A stretch of DNA of 37,726 bases from Gaiellaceae bacterium (GTDB lineage Bacteria > Actinomycetota > Thermoleophilia > Gaiellales > Gaiellaceae), in the NCBI GenBank assembly GCA_041476065.1, contig JBGOSR010000001.1:1-37726 (forward strand), read 5' to 3'. Below, piece after piece: positions 17,006 through 25,093 of this stretch; the stretch's first letter is position 1; every line of letters starts with the position of its first letter. The notes beneath the pieces were generated by a model. It did no database searches and was not told the DNA's origin. It saw only the letters and a program-made list of their open reading frames with translations. Both the position numbers and the translations under genes were made by a program.

Positions 17006-18318
17006 CAGCGAGACACTGCGACGCGGACGAAGCGGACGACTTCGCCGAGGCGCGGCCGCATCGCGCCGTAGCCCCCGGCCTCGCGGGCGAAGAGCCACAT
17101 GTGCAGGGCGAGCAGAACCGTGTACGTGACGCTCGAGGTGAGAGCCGCGACCCACGCGCCGCGACCCGGCAGGAACGCGAGGTTGAGCGCCACGTTGAGC
17201 GCCAGGCCCACGAACCAGATCGCCACCGCGCGGGGCGGGAACCCCCTGCCGGCGAAGTGCTGGGAGAGGATCGTCAGGAGCCCGAGGCTATAGATGCCTG
17301 GCAGGAGCCAGTAGTAGAGCGACGTCGCGCCTGAAAACTCGTCGCCGAAGAACGCGCGAATCCCTATCCCGGCGATGGGAGCCGTAGCGAGGCAGAAGAG
17401 CCCGTAGACCACGGCTACGGAGCGGAACACCTCGGCGCTCGCCTCGGTGGGGTCGCCGCGCGCGACCCGCGGGAAGAGGTTCAGTCCGATCACCATCGGG
17501 AGCACGAACATCCCGTCCGCGAGGGTGGCGGCGATCGAGTAGAGCCCGGCTTCGGTGCGACCGAGGTATGCGTTCACGAGCAGGAGATCGAGCCTGATGA
17601 CGAGGAACGAAACGAAAATCGCGACGTACACGCGGAACCCGTACGACAGCATCGAGCGGACGAGAGCCGCGTCGGGGCGGCCGGAGAGCCGCGATCGCCG
17701 CGAGAGGAGCACGACGTATGCGGCCGTGGCTGCGTAGCGGCCGAGACCGAGGATCGCGAGCGTTCCGGTCAGGCGCAGATCGGCGAGCAGGAAGCCGGCA
17801 GCGAGGGCGGCGAGAGCGAGGGCCGCCTGGGCGACCTCGACGACGTTGTAGGCGACCATCCTCCCTTCCCCGAGGAGCACGCTCTGCAGAAAGAGAGCGG
17901 CGAGCCCGCCCGGAACGCCGGCAAGCGTGACGAGTACCGGAGTCCAGCCGAGGCCTTCGAGCACACCGGGGGCTGTCAGCTTGAGCAGGATGCCCGCGCC
18001 TCCCAGAGCGAGACCGAGGACACCAGCCAGCCAGAACGCATTGGCGATGATCTTGGGGATCTGGGCTGGGTTCCTGGCGGCGAAGTACGGGTTCGCCGTC
18101 GTCAGGCCGACGCCGCCGAGCTGGACGAGTAAAAGCGTCAGGCTGTAGGCGACGGCAAACGTGCCCTGGCCCGAGGGCCCGAGGCGGCGCGCCACGACCA
18201 CGGCGGTTACCAGCCCGAGGACGAGCGTCGCCCCCTTGCCCGCGAACGTCAGGAAGACGTCGGTGCGAAGCCTGGCCTGCTGCGGGGCTTCGGCCGGGAC
18301 CGGGGTCGCGTCGTCCAT
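17005..18318 (-). CDS. wzx: Wzx-type oligosaccharide flippase (MOP superfamily polysaccharide biosynthesis protein)
   Basis: 437 aa and hydrophobic almost throughout (about 12-14 helices). The N-terminal pattern FLTFAGKGATLVLGLVTAVVVARRLGPSGQGTFAVAYSL is typical of this family. Confidence 0.75.
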   Translation of the reverse strand: MDDATPVPAEAPQQARLRTDVFLTFAGKGATLVLGLVTAVVVARRLGPSGQGTFAVAYSLTLLLVQLGGVGLTTANPYFAARNPAQIPKIIANAFWLAGVLGLALGGAGILLKLTAPGVLEGLGWTPVLVTLAGVPGGLAALFLQSVLLGEGRMVAYNVVEVAQAALALAALAAGFLLADLRLTGTLAILGLGRYAATAAYVVLLSRRSRLSGRPDAALVRSMLSYGFRVYVAIFVSFLVIRLDLLLVNAYLGRTEAGLYSIAATLADGMFVLPMVIGLNLFPRVARGDPTEASAEVFRSVAVVYGLFCLATAPIAGIGIRAFFGDEFSGATSLYYWLLPGIYSLGLLTILSQHFAGRGFPPRAVAIWFVGLALNVALNLAFLPGRGAWVAALTSSVTYTVLLALHMWLFAREAGGYGAMRPRLGEVVRFVRVAVSR

Positions 18319-18355
18319 GGCCCGGATGCTCGCAGACGCGTGTGATGATTCGGCC

Positions 18356-19480
18356 GTGAAGCGGCTGCTGCTCGTGAGTCACCGCTCGATCGACCAGGCG
18401 GGCGGTCCGGCCGCTCGCTGGCGCTCGTTTGCTCGCCACCTGCCCAAGCTCGGCTGGGACGTCGAGGTCGTCTCCGCAGGCGGCGCCGACGAGTTCGCCG
18501 CACCGGGCAGCGCGCAGGCGCGTGCGAAGGTCATGGAGACGGCCGGCCGCCTGGCCGACCCAGTCTTCCGCCTTGCCGGGCTGCGCCCCGAGGCGATGCC
18601 CCTCTCGACCCTGTGGATTCCGCGAGGAGCCCGCGTGATCCGGGACAAGCTGCGGAGCGGCGGATACGACGCGGTCCTCGCCACTGGCCCGCCGTTTGCC
18701 GCGCTCGTCGCAGCAAGCCGAGCGGTTGGCGACGTTCCGCTCGTCGTCGAGCTGCGCGACCTCTGGGCGGGGAATCCCGCCTTCGACCGAGGCGGGCCGA
18801 TTCTCCGGCGGGTCGAGTCGGGCGTCGTGAACCGAGCGGCAGCCGTGGTCGCCGTCACGCCGGAGGCCGCGGACGACCTGCAGAGGCGTCATCCGGGCGC
18901 ACGGATCGAGGAGATCTCGAACGGCTTCGAGCCCGAACTCCTGGCGATGCGCCGGGAGACGAGCGGGACGACGATCCTCCATTCGGGCACGCTGACGAAG
19001 GACCGACCGCTCGCGCCCTTGCTGGTGGCGCTGGCGCCGCCGTTGCGGCTTGTGCTTCACGGCTACGTCGCGCCGGAGATCCAGAAGGAGATCGCCGATT
19101 CCGGCGCCGAGGTCGAGATCGTTGCACCGTCGGGGTGGGAGGACGCCGTTCGCCGGACCGCCGAGGCCGGCGTCACCCTCGTCACGCAGGCCCGAGGCGC
19201 CGGGGACGAGACCGCGGTCGCAGCGAAGGTCTACGAGTACCTGGCCCTCGGCAAGCCGGTGCTGTGCCTGTCGCATGGAGGAGCAACGGAAGCGCTCCTG
19301 CGTCGCCTCGGCGCGGACGGGCTCTGCGCGCGCCTCGACGACGAGATGTCGATCCGTGCCGCGCTCGGGCGAATCGAAGCCGGCAACCTTCCCCAACCGG
19401 TCCCGCCCGAGAAGCTCGAGCCGTACGAACGCCCCCACCTCGCGGCACGACTCGCCGAGCTCCTCGACTCGTTGGCCTAA
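18356..19480 (+). CDS. GT4 family glycosyltransferase
   Basis: VKRLLLVSHRSIDQAGGPAARWRSFARHLPKLGWDVEVVS..ILHSGTL..LVLHGY..VTQARG..AAKVYEYLALGKPVLCL. Start uncertain: GTG 18356 preferred, in-frame ATG 18326 or 18317 also possible. Confidence 0.75.
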   Translation: MKRLLLVSHRSIDQAGGPAARWRSFARHLPKLGWDVEVVSAGGADEFAAPGSAQARAKVMETAGRLADPVFRLAGLRPEAMPLSTLWIPRGARVIRDKLRSGGYDAVLATGPPFAALVAASRAVGDVPLVVELRDLWAGNPAFDRGGPILRRVESGVVNRAAAVVAVTPEAADDLQRRHPGARIEEISNGFEPELLAMRRETSGTTILHSGTLTKDRPLAPLLVALAPPLRLVLHGYVAPEIQKEIADSGAEVEIVAPSGWEDAVRRTAEAGVTLVTQARGAGDETAVAAKVYEYLALGKPVLCLSHGGATEALLRRLGADGLCARLDDEMSIRAALGRIEAGNLPQPVPPEKLEPYERPHLAARLAELLDSLA

Positions 19481-19493
19481 GACAGCGCCCATC

Positions 19494-19612
19494 GGGACAT
19501 GGGTGGTGCCTGGCACCGGGCATGGCCGTTCCGTCCGTCGCAGATCGGTACATGTCTTGGTGCCTGGCACCTAGACATGTCGAATCGGGACCCGGCCGGT
19601 GCCTCGCACCGG
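19494..19612. repeat. Three copies of a GGTGCC-N-GGCACC palindromic unit in a convergent intergenic gap
   Basis: GGTGCCTGGCACC at 19505-19517 and 19559-19571; variant GGTGCCTCGCACC at 19598-19610. Copy 2 lies in a 31-bp near-perfect palindrome, 19550-19580 (ACATGTCTTGGTGCC T GGCACCTAGACATGT, one mismatch). Copy 1 has degenerate ACATG..CATG flanks. Copy 3 can fold as CCGGTGC-CTC-GCACCGG (19596-19612). Confidence 0.8.
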
Positions 19613-19622
19613 ACAGGGCTCC

Positions 19623-20747
19623 CTAGCGCACGGCGGCTGCTCTCGGTTCTTCGCGCGCCTGCTGTGCGAGGACGTCGGCGATTCGCTCCGAAGCCTTTCC
19701 GTCCCACAGTGGCGGGATCTCCGCCTTCCTGTCGTGAGCTGCCTCGATCAGCGCGGGCACCTCGGCGATGCGGGCCGGCTCCAGGCCGAGGAGCACGTTC
19801 GTGCCCAACGAGACGGTGATCGGCCGCTCGGTGTTGGCCCGAAGCGTGAAGCACGGCAGGCCGAGATACGTCGTCTCTTCCTGAATCCCACCCGAGTCCG
19901 TGAGAACTCCTGCCGATCCCGCGACGAGGCTCAGGAACTCCACGTAGCCGACCGGCTGAATCAGGCGAAGCCGCTCGAGATCAACGTCGAACGCCAAAGT
20001 CTCGAGTGCAGCGCGCGTCCGCGGGTGAACCGGAAACACGACGGGGAGCTCGGCCGAGACGGCCGCCAGCTGCCCCATCGCCTCGGCAAGCAGGGGGCCG
20101 TCCACGAGCGCTGGGCGGTGCAGCGTGACAACGAGGTACTCGCCTCGCGGGAGGCCGTGCGCCTCGGGGGCAGCGCGCTCCTCGATCCGCTCGCGCATGG
20201 CGACGAGGGTGTCGATCATCGTGTTGCCGACGTCGTGGATCCCGAGCGCCGGGCAGCCTTCGGCGAGCAGGTTGTCACGAGCCTCCGGCGAGTGAATGAA
20301 GAGCAATTGCGACAACTGGTCGGCGACGATCCGGTTGACCTCCTCGGGCATCGTGCGGTCGAAGGAGCGAAGGCCCGCCTCGACGTGCCCGATCGGGACA
20401 AGGAGCTTCGCGGCCGTCAGGGCCGCGGCCATCGTCGAGTTGACGTCGCCGGGCACGAGCACGACATCCGGCTCCGCCTCGAGCAGCACCGGCTCCAGCC
20501 GCTCCATGATTGCAGCGGTCTGCTGGGCGTGAGAACCGGAGCCGACGCCGAGCGAGTAGTCGGGTTCCCCCACCCCAAGCTCCTCGAGGAAGATCTCGGA
20601 CAGCTCACGGTCGTAGTGCTGGCCCGTGTGGACGAGGAGGTGCTCGAACTCGTCGCCCCGCCGCTGCAGCTCGGCTGCGATCGGGGCGATCTTCATCATG
20701 TTCGGCCGCGTACCGACGACCGAGAGAACCTTGCGGCGCGTCGCCAT
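19623..20747 (-). CDS. wecB: UDP-N-acetylglucosamine 2-epimerase (non-hydrolysing)
   Basis: Start ATG 20747 (MATRRKVLSVVGTRPNMMKIAPI). HTGQHYD, GSGSHAQQTA, VLVPGDVNST, HVEAGLRSFDRTMPEEVNR, TDSGGIQEETTYLG.PC.TLR..TERP. The ORF-track extension to 21053 overlaps the divergent gene. Confidence 0.92.
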   Translation of the reverse strand: MATRRKVLSVVGTRPNMMKIAPIAAELQRRGDEFEHLLVHTGQHYDRELSEIFLEELGVGEPDYSLGVGSGSHAQQTAAIMERLEPVLLEAEPDVVLVPGDVNSTMAAALTAAKLLVPIGHVEAGLRSFDRTMPEEVNRIVADQLSQLLFIHSPEARDNLLAEGCPALGIHDVGNTMIDTLVAMRERIEERAAPEAHGLPRGEYLVVTLHRPALVDGPLLAEAMGQLAAVSAELPVVFPVHPRTRAALETLAFDVDLERLRLIQPVGYVEFLSLVAGSAGVLTDSGGIQEETTYLGLPCFTLRANTERPITVSLGTNVLLGLEPARIAEVPALIEAAHDRKAEIPPLWDGKASERIADVLAQQAREEPRAAAVR

Positions 20748-20756
20748 CCGAGTCAG

Positions 20757-20762
20757 AGGATA
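20757..20762 (-). promoter_or_regulatory. Candidate -10 hexamer TATCCT (minus strand), 9 nt upstream of wecB ATG 20747
   Basis: Matches TANNNT. Lies in the 61-bp divergent intergenic region, back to back with the plus-strand hexamer at 20796-20801. Confidence 0.35.
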
Positions 20763-20795
20763 GAGCGACACCCCGTCACCGGCCTTCGTTGCCGA

Positions 20796-20801
20796 TACTC
20801 T
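20796..20801 (+). promoter_or_regulatory. Candidate -10 hexamer TACTCT, 7 nt upstream of GTG 20809
   Basis: Matches TANNNT. No Shine-Dalgarno sequence is possible in the 7-nt gap. Confidence 0.35.
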
Positions 20802-20808
20802 CAACCGC

Positions 20809-22956
20809 GTGAAACAGCTCGTTTTGCGGGGCGGACAGACCCAGGTTGTGGACATGCCCGAACCGGCTCCCGCGCCCGGCTCGGTCCTCGTGGCCAACGC
20901 GGCATCGGCGATCTCGAGCGGCACAGAGCGCTCGGTAGTTGCGTCCGGCTCCGGCTCGCTCGCCGCGCGCGCGATCAAGAATCCCGAGCTCGTCGCCCAG
21001 ACGCTCCGCCACGCCCGTGAGCACGGAGTCCGGGAGACGATCGGGCTCGTCAAGGGAGCCGTCGCCCAGGACTCGCCCCTCGGCTACTCGAGCGCCGGCA
21101 CCGTCCTCGACACGGGCGGTGTCGCCGGACTGCACGTGGGCGGGCGAGTCGCCTGCTCGGGCGCAGGTCGCGCGAACCACGCCGAGACCGTGTCGGTGCC
21201 CGCAAACCTCGTCGTCCCGGTTCCCGAGGGGGTCTCGATGAGGAATGCGTCGTTCGCCGCGATCGGCGCGATCGCGCTCCAGGGCGTGCGGCGTGCGGAG
21301 CCGTCGCTGGGCGAGCGGATCGTCGTCGTCGGGCTCGGCCTGCTCGGCCTGATCACGCTGCAGGCGCTGCGCGCCGCCGGCTGCCGCGTCGCAGGCGTCG
21401 AGCCGCTCGACCGCCGACGCACCCTCGGCGCCGATCTCGGCGCCGAGCTTGCCCTCGCGCCCGCTGAGGCGGCCGAAGCGATCGCAGCCTGGACAGAAGG
21501 AGCCGGTGCCGACGCCGTCGTTCTCACCGCTTCGACGAAGAACGACGAGCTGATCAACGAAGCCGTCCGCATGCTGCGGCGAAAGGGACGCGTCGTCCCG
21601 GTCGGCGACATCGGTCTCGGGCTCGACCGCGAGCCGTTGTACGAGCGCGAGGCGGACGTGCGCATCTCGACCTCGTACGGGCCGGGCCGATACGACCCGA
21701 CGTACGAGGAGTCCGGGATCGACTACCCGCTGCCGTACGTGCGCTGGACGGCCGGCCGGAACATGGCCGAGTTCCTGCGCCTCGTCGCCGACGGCCTCGT
21801 CACGCTCGACCAGCTGATCGAGCTCGAGCTTCCAGTCGACCAGGCGCCGGAGGCGTACGCGGCACTCAGCGGCGACACGCCGCCGCTCGCGGTTGCGCTC
21901 ACCTATCCCGAACGTCGAGCCGACGAACCCCCGGCATCGCGCACGTCCGCGGCCCCGGTTGCCGCTCGAGACTCGGAGGTGCGCGTGGCGCTCGTCGGCG
22001 CGGGTGGCTTCGTGCGATCGACTCACCTGCCGAACCTCGAGCGAGAGGACGGCGTCCGCATCACGACCGTCGTCAGCCGAAGCGGGTCGTCCGCTGCGTC
22101 CGTCGCGCGGTCGCTCGACGGAGCGCGGGCCGGCGCAGACTGGCGCGAAGCGGTCGATGCCCCGGACGTCGATCTCGTCGTCGTCGGCACGCGCCACGAT
22201 TCGCACGCGGAGATCTCCGCAGCGGCCCTCCGCGCCGGCAAGGCTGTTTTCGTCGAGAAGCCGCTGGGGCTGACGCGGGAGGAGATCGACGACGTCTGGG
22301 CCGCCGGAAGCGACAACGACCGGCTCGCGATCGGCTTCAACCGCCCCTTTGCCGAGCTCTCGAAACGCCTCGAGCAAGAGCTGCGAGCGAGCAGCGGCCC
22401 CGCTCAGCTCGTCTACCGCGTCAGCTCCCCGATCGCCCCCGAGCACTGGCTGAACGACCCCCGCGAGGGAGGCGGGCGCATCCTCGGCGAGGCCTGTCAC
22501 ATGTTCGACTTCGCCAACTGGCTTCTCGGCAACCCCGAGCGCGTCCTCGCGGCAGCCGTTCCGGCCCCGCCCGGCGTCGATTCGCCCGAAAGCTCCTCGG
22601 TGACGATTCAGTACGCTGACGGCTCGGTGGCGACGATCCACTACTCGGGTCTCGGCCCCGCCTCCATGCCGAAGGAGCGAATCGAGCTTCTGCGCGGCGG
22701 GCGTTCCTGGGTCCTCGAGGACTTCCGCACGCTGACGTCTTTCGGCGCCGACGGCGCAAGCACGGCGACGAGCAAAGGAGACAAGGGGCACGCAGCGCTC
22801 TTGCAAGGCGTGCTCGCGGCAGCGCGCGGAGAGCAGCCGTTCGAGCCCGGCCTCGGAGCGGCCTACCTCGCGCAGAGCGTCGCCCTGGCCGCGCTCGAGT
22901 CGATCGCCTCCGGCCGTCCGATCGAGGTCGAGCCGCCGCCCTCGAGGAACGCCTGA
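20809..22956 (+). CDS. Bi-domain oxidoreductase (N-terminal MDR/alcohol-dehydrogenase-like, C-terminal Gfo/Idh/MocA)
   Basis: 715 aa. The N-terminal half has a GroES-like fold plus a Rossmann motif (RIVVVGLGLLGLITLQALRAAGCRVAGVE). The C-terminal half has VRVALVGAGGFVRSTHLPNL..DLVVVGTRHDSHAEISAAALRAGKAVFVEKP, the Gfo/Idh/MocA signature. Confidence 0.8.
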   Translation: MKQLVLRGGQTQVVDMPEPAPAPGSVLVANAASAISSGTERSVVASGSGSLAARAIKNPELVAQTLRHAREHGVRETIGLVKGAVAQDSPLGYSSAGTVLDTGGVAGLHVGGRVACSGAGRANHAETVSVPANLVVPVPEGVSMRNASFAAIGAIALQGVRRAEPSLGERIVVVGLGLLGLITLQALRAAGCRVAGVEPLDRRRTLGADLGAELALAPAEAAEAIAAWTEGAGADAVVLTASTKNDELINEAVRMLRRKGRVVPVGDIGLGLDREPLYEREADVRISTSYGPGRYDPTYEESGIDYPLPYVRWTAGRNMAEFLRLVADGLVTLDQLIELELPVDQAPEAYAALSGDTPPLAVALTYPERRADEPPASRTSAAPVAARDSEVRVALVGAGGFVRSTHLPNLEREDGVRITTVVSRSGSSAASVARSLDGARAGADWREAVDAPDVDLVVVGTRHDSHAEISAAALRAGKAVFVEKPLGLTREEIDDVWAAGSDNDRLAIGFNRPFAELSKRLEQELRASSGPAQLVYRVSSPIAPEHWLNDPREGGGRILGEACHMFDFANWLLGNPERVLAAAVPAPPGVDSPESSSVTIQYADGSVATIHYSGLGPASMPKERIELLRGGRSWVLEDFRTLTSFGADGASTATSKGDKGHAALLQGVLAAARGEQPFEPGLGAAYLAQSVALAALESIASGRPIEVEPPPSRNA

Positions 22957-24890
22957 TGTGCGGCATCTGCGGAATCCTCGGAACCCGAGAGGACTTTGCC
23001 GTCGGCGAAGAGCTCGTGACGACGATGCGCGAGCTCATCCATCACCGCGGTCCCGACGACGGCGGCTCCTGGCACCTCCCAGAACAGCGCATCGCCCTCG
23101 CGCATCGCCGCCTGTCGATCATCGACCTCTCGCCGGCGGGCCACCAGCCGATGTCGAACGAGGACGGCACGGTCTGGCTCACCTTCGGCGGCGAGATCTA
23201 CAACCACATGGAGATCCGGCCCGAGCTCGAGGCGAAGGGCCACGTCTACCGCTCGCAGACCGACACGGAGACGATCATCCATCTCTACGAGGAAGAGGGG
23301 CCTCGCTGCGTCGAGCGCCTGCACGGAATGTTCCACTACGCGATCTGGGATACCCGCACGAGGGAGCTCCACCTGGCGCGCGACCGGCTCGGGAAGAAGC
23401 CGATCTACTACGCCCGCACCGAGGGCGGCTTCGTCTTCGGCTCTGAGATCAAGGCACTCCTCGCTCACCCCGCGCTCACCGCCGAGCTCGACGAAGAGGC
23501 GTTCTTCCACTACCTGACGTTCGTCTGCACACCCGCGCCGATGACCATGTTCAAGGGCATCCGCAAGCTGGGCCCGGCGGAGCGGATGACCGTGCGCGCG
23601 GATGGCTCGACCGAGATCGAGACCTACTGGAGTCCGATGTCGCCGGCGATCTCCGCGGAGGTCTCCGCCCTCTCCGAGCCCGAGCTCGAGGAGCGGCTGC
23701 TCGCGCTACTCCGCAAGTCGATCCGCCGCCGGATGATGTCCGACGTTCCCTTCGGCGTCTTCCTCTCGGGCGGCCTCGACTCGTCGACGAACGTCGCGCT
23801 CATGTCCGAGCTGATGGACGAGCCGGTACGGACCTTCTCGGTCGGCTTCGACGGCTACGAGCGCTACAACGAGCTCGAGCACGCGAGGAAGATCGCCCGT
23901 CTCTTCGGGACCGACCACCACGAGGTCGTGATCGACTCCGACGACCTCGAGTCGTTCCTCCCGCAGCTCATCTACCAGCAGGACGAGCCGCTCGCGGACT
24001 GGGTCGCGGTGCCGCTCCACTACGTGTCGAAGCTCGCGCGTGACAACGACACGGTCGTCGTGCAGATCGGCGAAGGCTCGGACGAGCTCTTCCACGGCTA
24101 CCAGTCGTACGTCAGCCATGCTCGCTTCCGATCCCGCTACTGGCCGCCTTTCCAGCGCGTGCCGCGTCCCCTGCGGCGCGGGATCAGCCGAGCGGCAAAC
24201 GCATTCGCAAGGCGGTCCGGGCGCGGGTTCGCGCACGCCCAGGCGATCGAGGAGGCGGCCGAGGGCCGGATGCCGTTCTGGGGCGGCGCGATCGCGTACC
24301 AGGGCGAGCTGAAGGAGCGCGTGCTCTCGAACGGACGCTCGCACCCCGACTCGTACCAGATCGTCGAGCGGCTCTGGCAAGAGGCGGAACGCGACCTGCC
24401 CGGTGCCGACCTGCTCCAGAAGATGACGTACCTCGAGCTGAAGAACCGACTGGCCGAGCTGCTGCTGATGCGTGTCGACAAGATGACGATGCTGCACGGA
24501 GTCGAGACCCGTGTTCCGTTCCTCGACGTCGACGTCGTCGAGTTCGCGCTCGCGCTGCCGCCTGAGATGAAGGTTCGCGACGGCAGCGGAAAGTACCTCT
24601 TGAAGAAGGCTGTCGCCGGCCTCCTGCCGGCCGAGATCGTGAATCGGCGGAAGCAGGGCTTCTCGGCGCCGGTCAGCGAATGGTTCCGCGAGGACCTGGG
24701 AGTGCGCGCCCGTCGCGAGATTCGCCAGTCGTCGCTCGTCGAATGCGGCCTCCTCGACTACGAGGCGATCGACGAGCTGTGGCGAGCACACCGGTCGGGC
24801 CGCGCCGACTGGGCCTTCCAGCTCTGGAACATCTACAACGTGAGCGCCTGGCACGACTACTGGGTCGCCGGGCGCGTTCCCACGGGTTGA
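22956..24890 (+). CDS. Asparagine synthase-type glutamine-dependent amidotransferase (AsnB/WbpS/WbtH-like)
   Basis: MCGICGI N-terminal Cys nucleophile, HRGPDD, RRLSIIDLS..GHQP, then the PP-loop VGVFLSGGLDSS. ATG overlaps the upstream TGA by 1 nt. Confidence 0.9.
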   Translation: MCGICGILGTREDFAVGEELVTTMRELIHHRGPDDGGSWHLPEQRIALAHRRLSIIDLSPAGHQPMSNEDGTVWLTFGGEIYNHMEIRPELEAKGHVYRSQTDTETIIHLYEEEGPRCVERLHGMFHYAIWDTRTRELHLARDRLGKKPIYYARTEGGFVFGSEIKALLAHPALTAELDEEAFFHYLTFVCTPAPMTMFKGIRKLGPAERMTVRADGSTEIETYWSPMSPAISAEVSALSEPELEERLLALLRKSIRRRMMSDVPFGVFLSGGLDSSTNVALMSELMDEPVRTFSVGFDGYERYNELEHARKIARLFGTDHHEVVIDSDDLESFLPQLIYQQDEPLADWVAVPLHYVSKLARDNDTVVVQIGEGSDELFHGYQSYVSHARFRSRYWPPFQRVPRPLRRGISRAANAFARRSGRGFAHAQAIEEAAEGRMPFWGGAIAYQGELKERVLSNGRSHPDSYQIVERLWQEAERDLPGADLLQKMTYLELKNRLAELLLMRVDKMTMLHGVETRVPFLDVDVVEFALALPPEMKVRDGSGKYLLKKAVAGLLPAEIVNRRKQGFSAPVSEWFREDLGVRARREIRQSSLVECGLLDYEAIDELWRAHRSGRADWAFQLWNIYNVSAWHDYWVAGRVPTG

Positions 24891-25093
24891 GAGTCGGGCT
24901 TCGCCAGGGTCTCGCGCTCTGGCAGCGCGCAGGAACCCGAGCAGCGCTGCGAGGCGTGGGCGCGCTCGGGCGAGGCGCACTGCGTGAGGCACGGTTGCGC
25001 TCGAGGCCTCTCCGCGCCGGACCGGGCGAGGTGGCGAATGCGCTCGGGGGAGCCACTCCAGTCGCAGCGTTGCGCGGTCCTGTCCTGAATGCG

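Noticed and set aside
17288-19570. 760-aa minus-strand ORF
   Set aside because: It overlaps wzx in another frame and is antisense to the GT4 gene 18356..19480. The composition is dominated by R, P, G and A with no hydrophobic or catalytic motifs. It also reads straight through the palindromic intergenic repeats.
19511-19580. TGGCAC inside the palindromes as a sigma-54 -24 element
   Set aside because: The required -12 TTGC(A/T) element is absent at the correct spacing (the sequence reads CATGG and CATGT instead). The site lies between two converging gene ends with nothing to drive. Organisms of this type generally lack sigma-54.
19499-19819. 106-aa ORF spanning the palindromic intergenic region
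   Set aside because: Its repeated GAWH peptide simply reflects translation of the DNA repeat. It runs antisense into wecB and shows no coding bias.
20776-22806. 676-aa minus-strand ORF antisense to the bi-domain oxidoreductase
   Set aside because: The plus-strand frame carries clear Rossmann and Gfo/Idh/MocA motifs and proper codon bias. The antisense product is R/A/G/D-rich with no recognisable domain.
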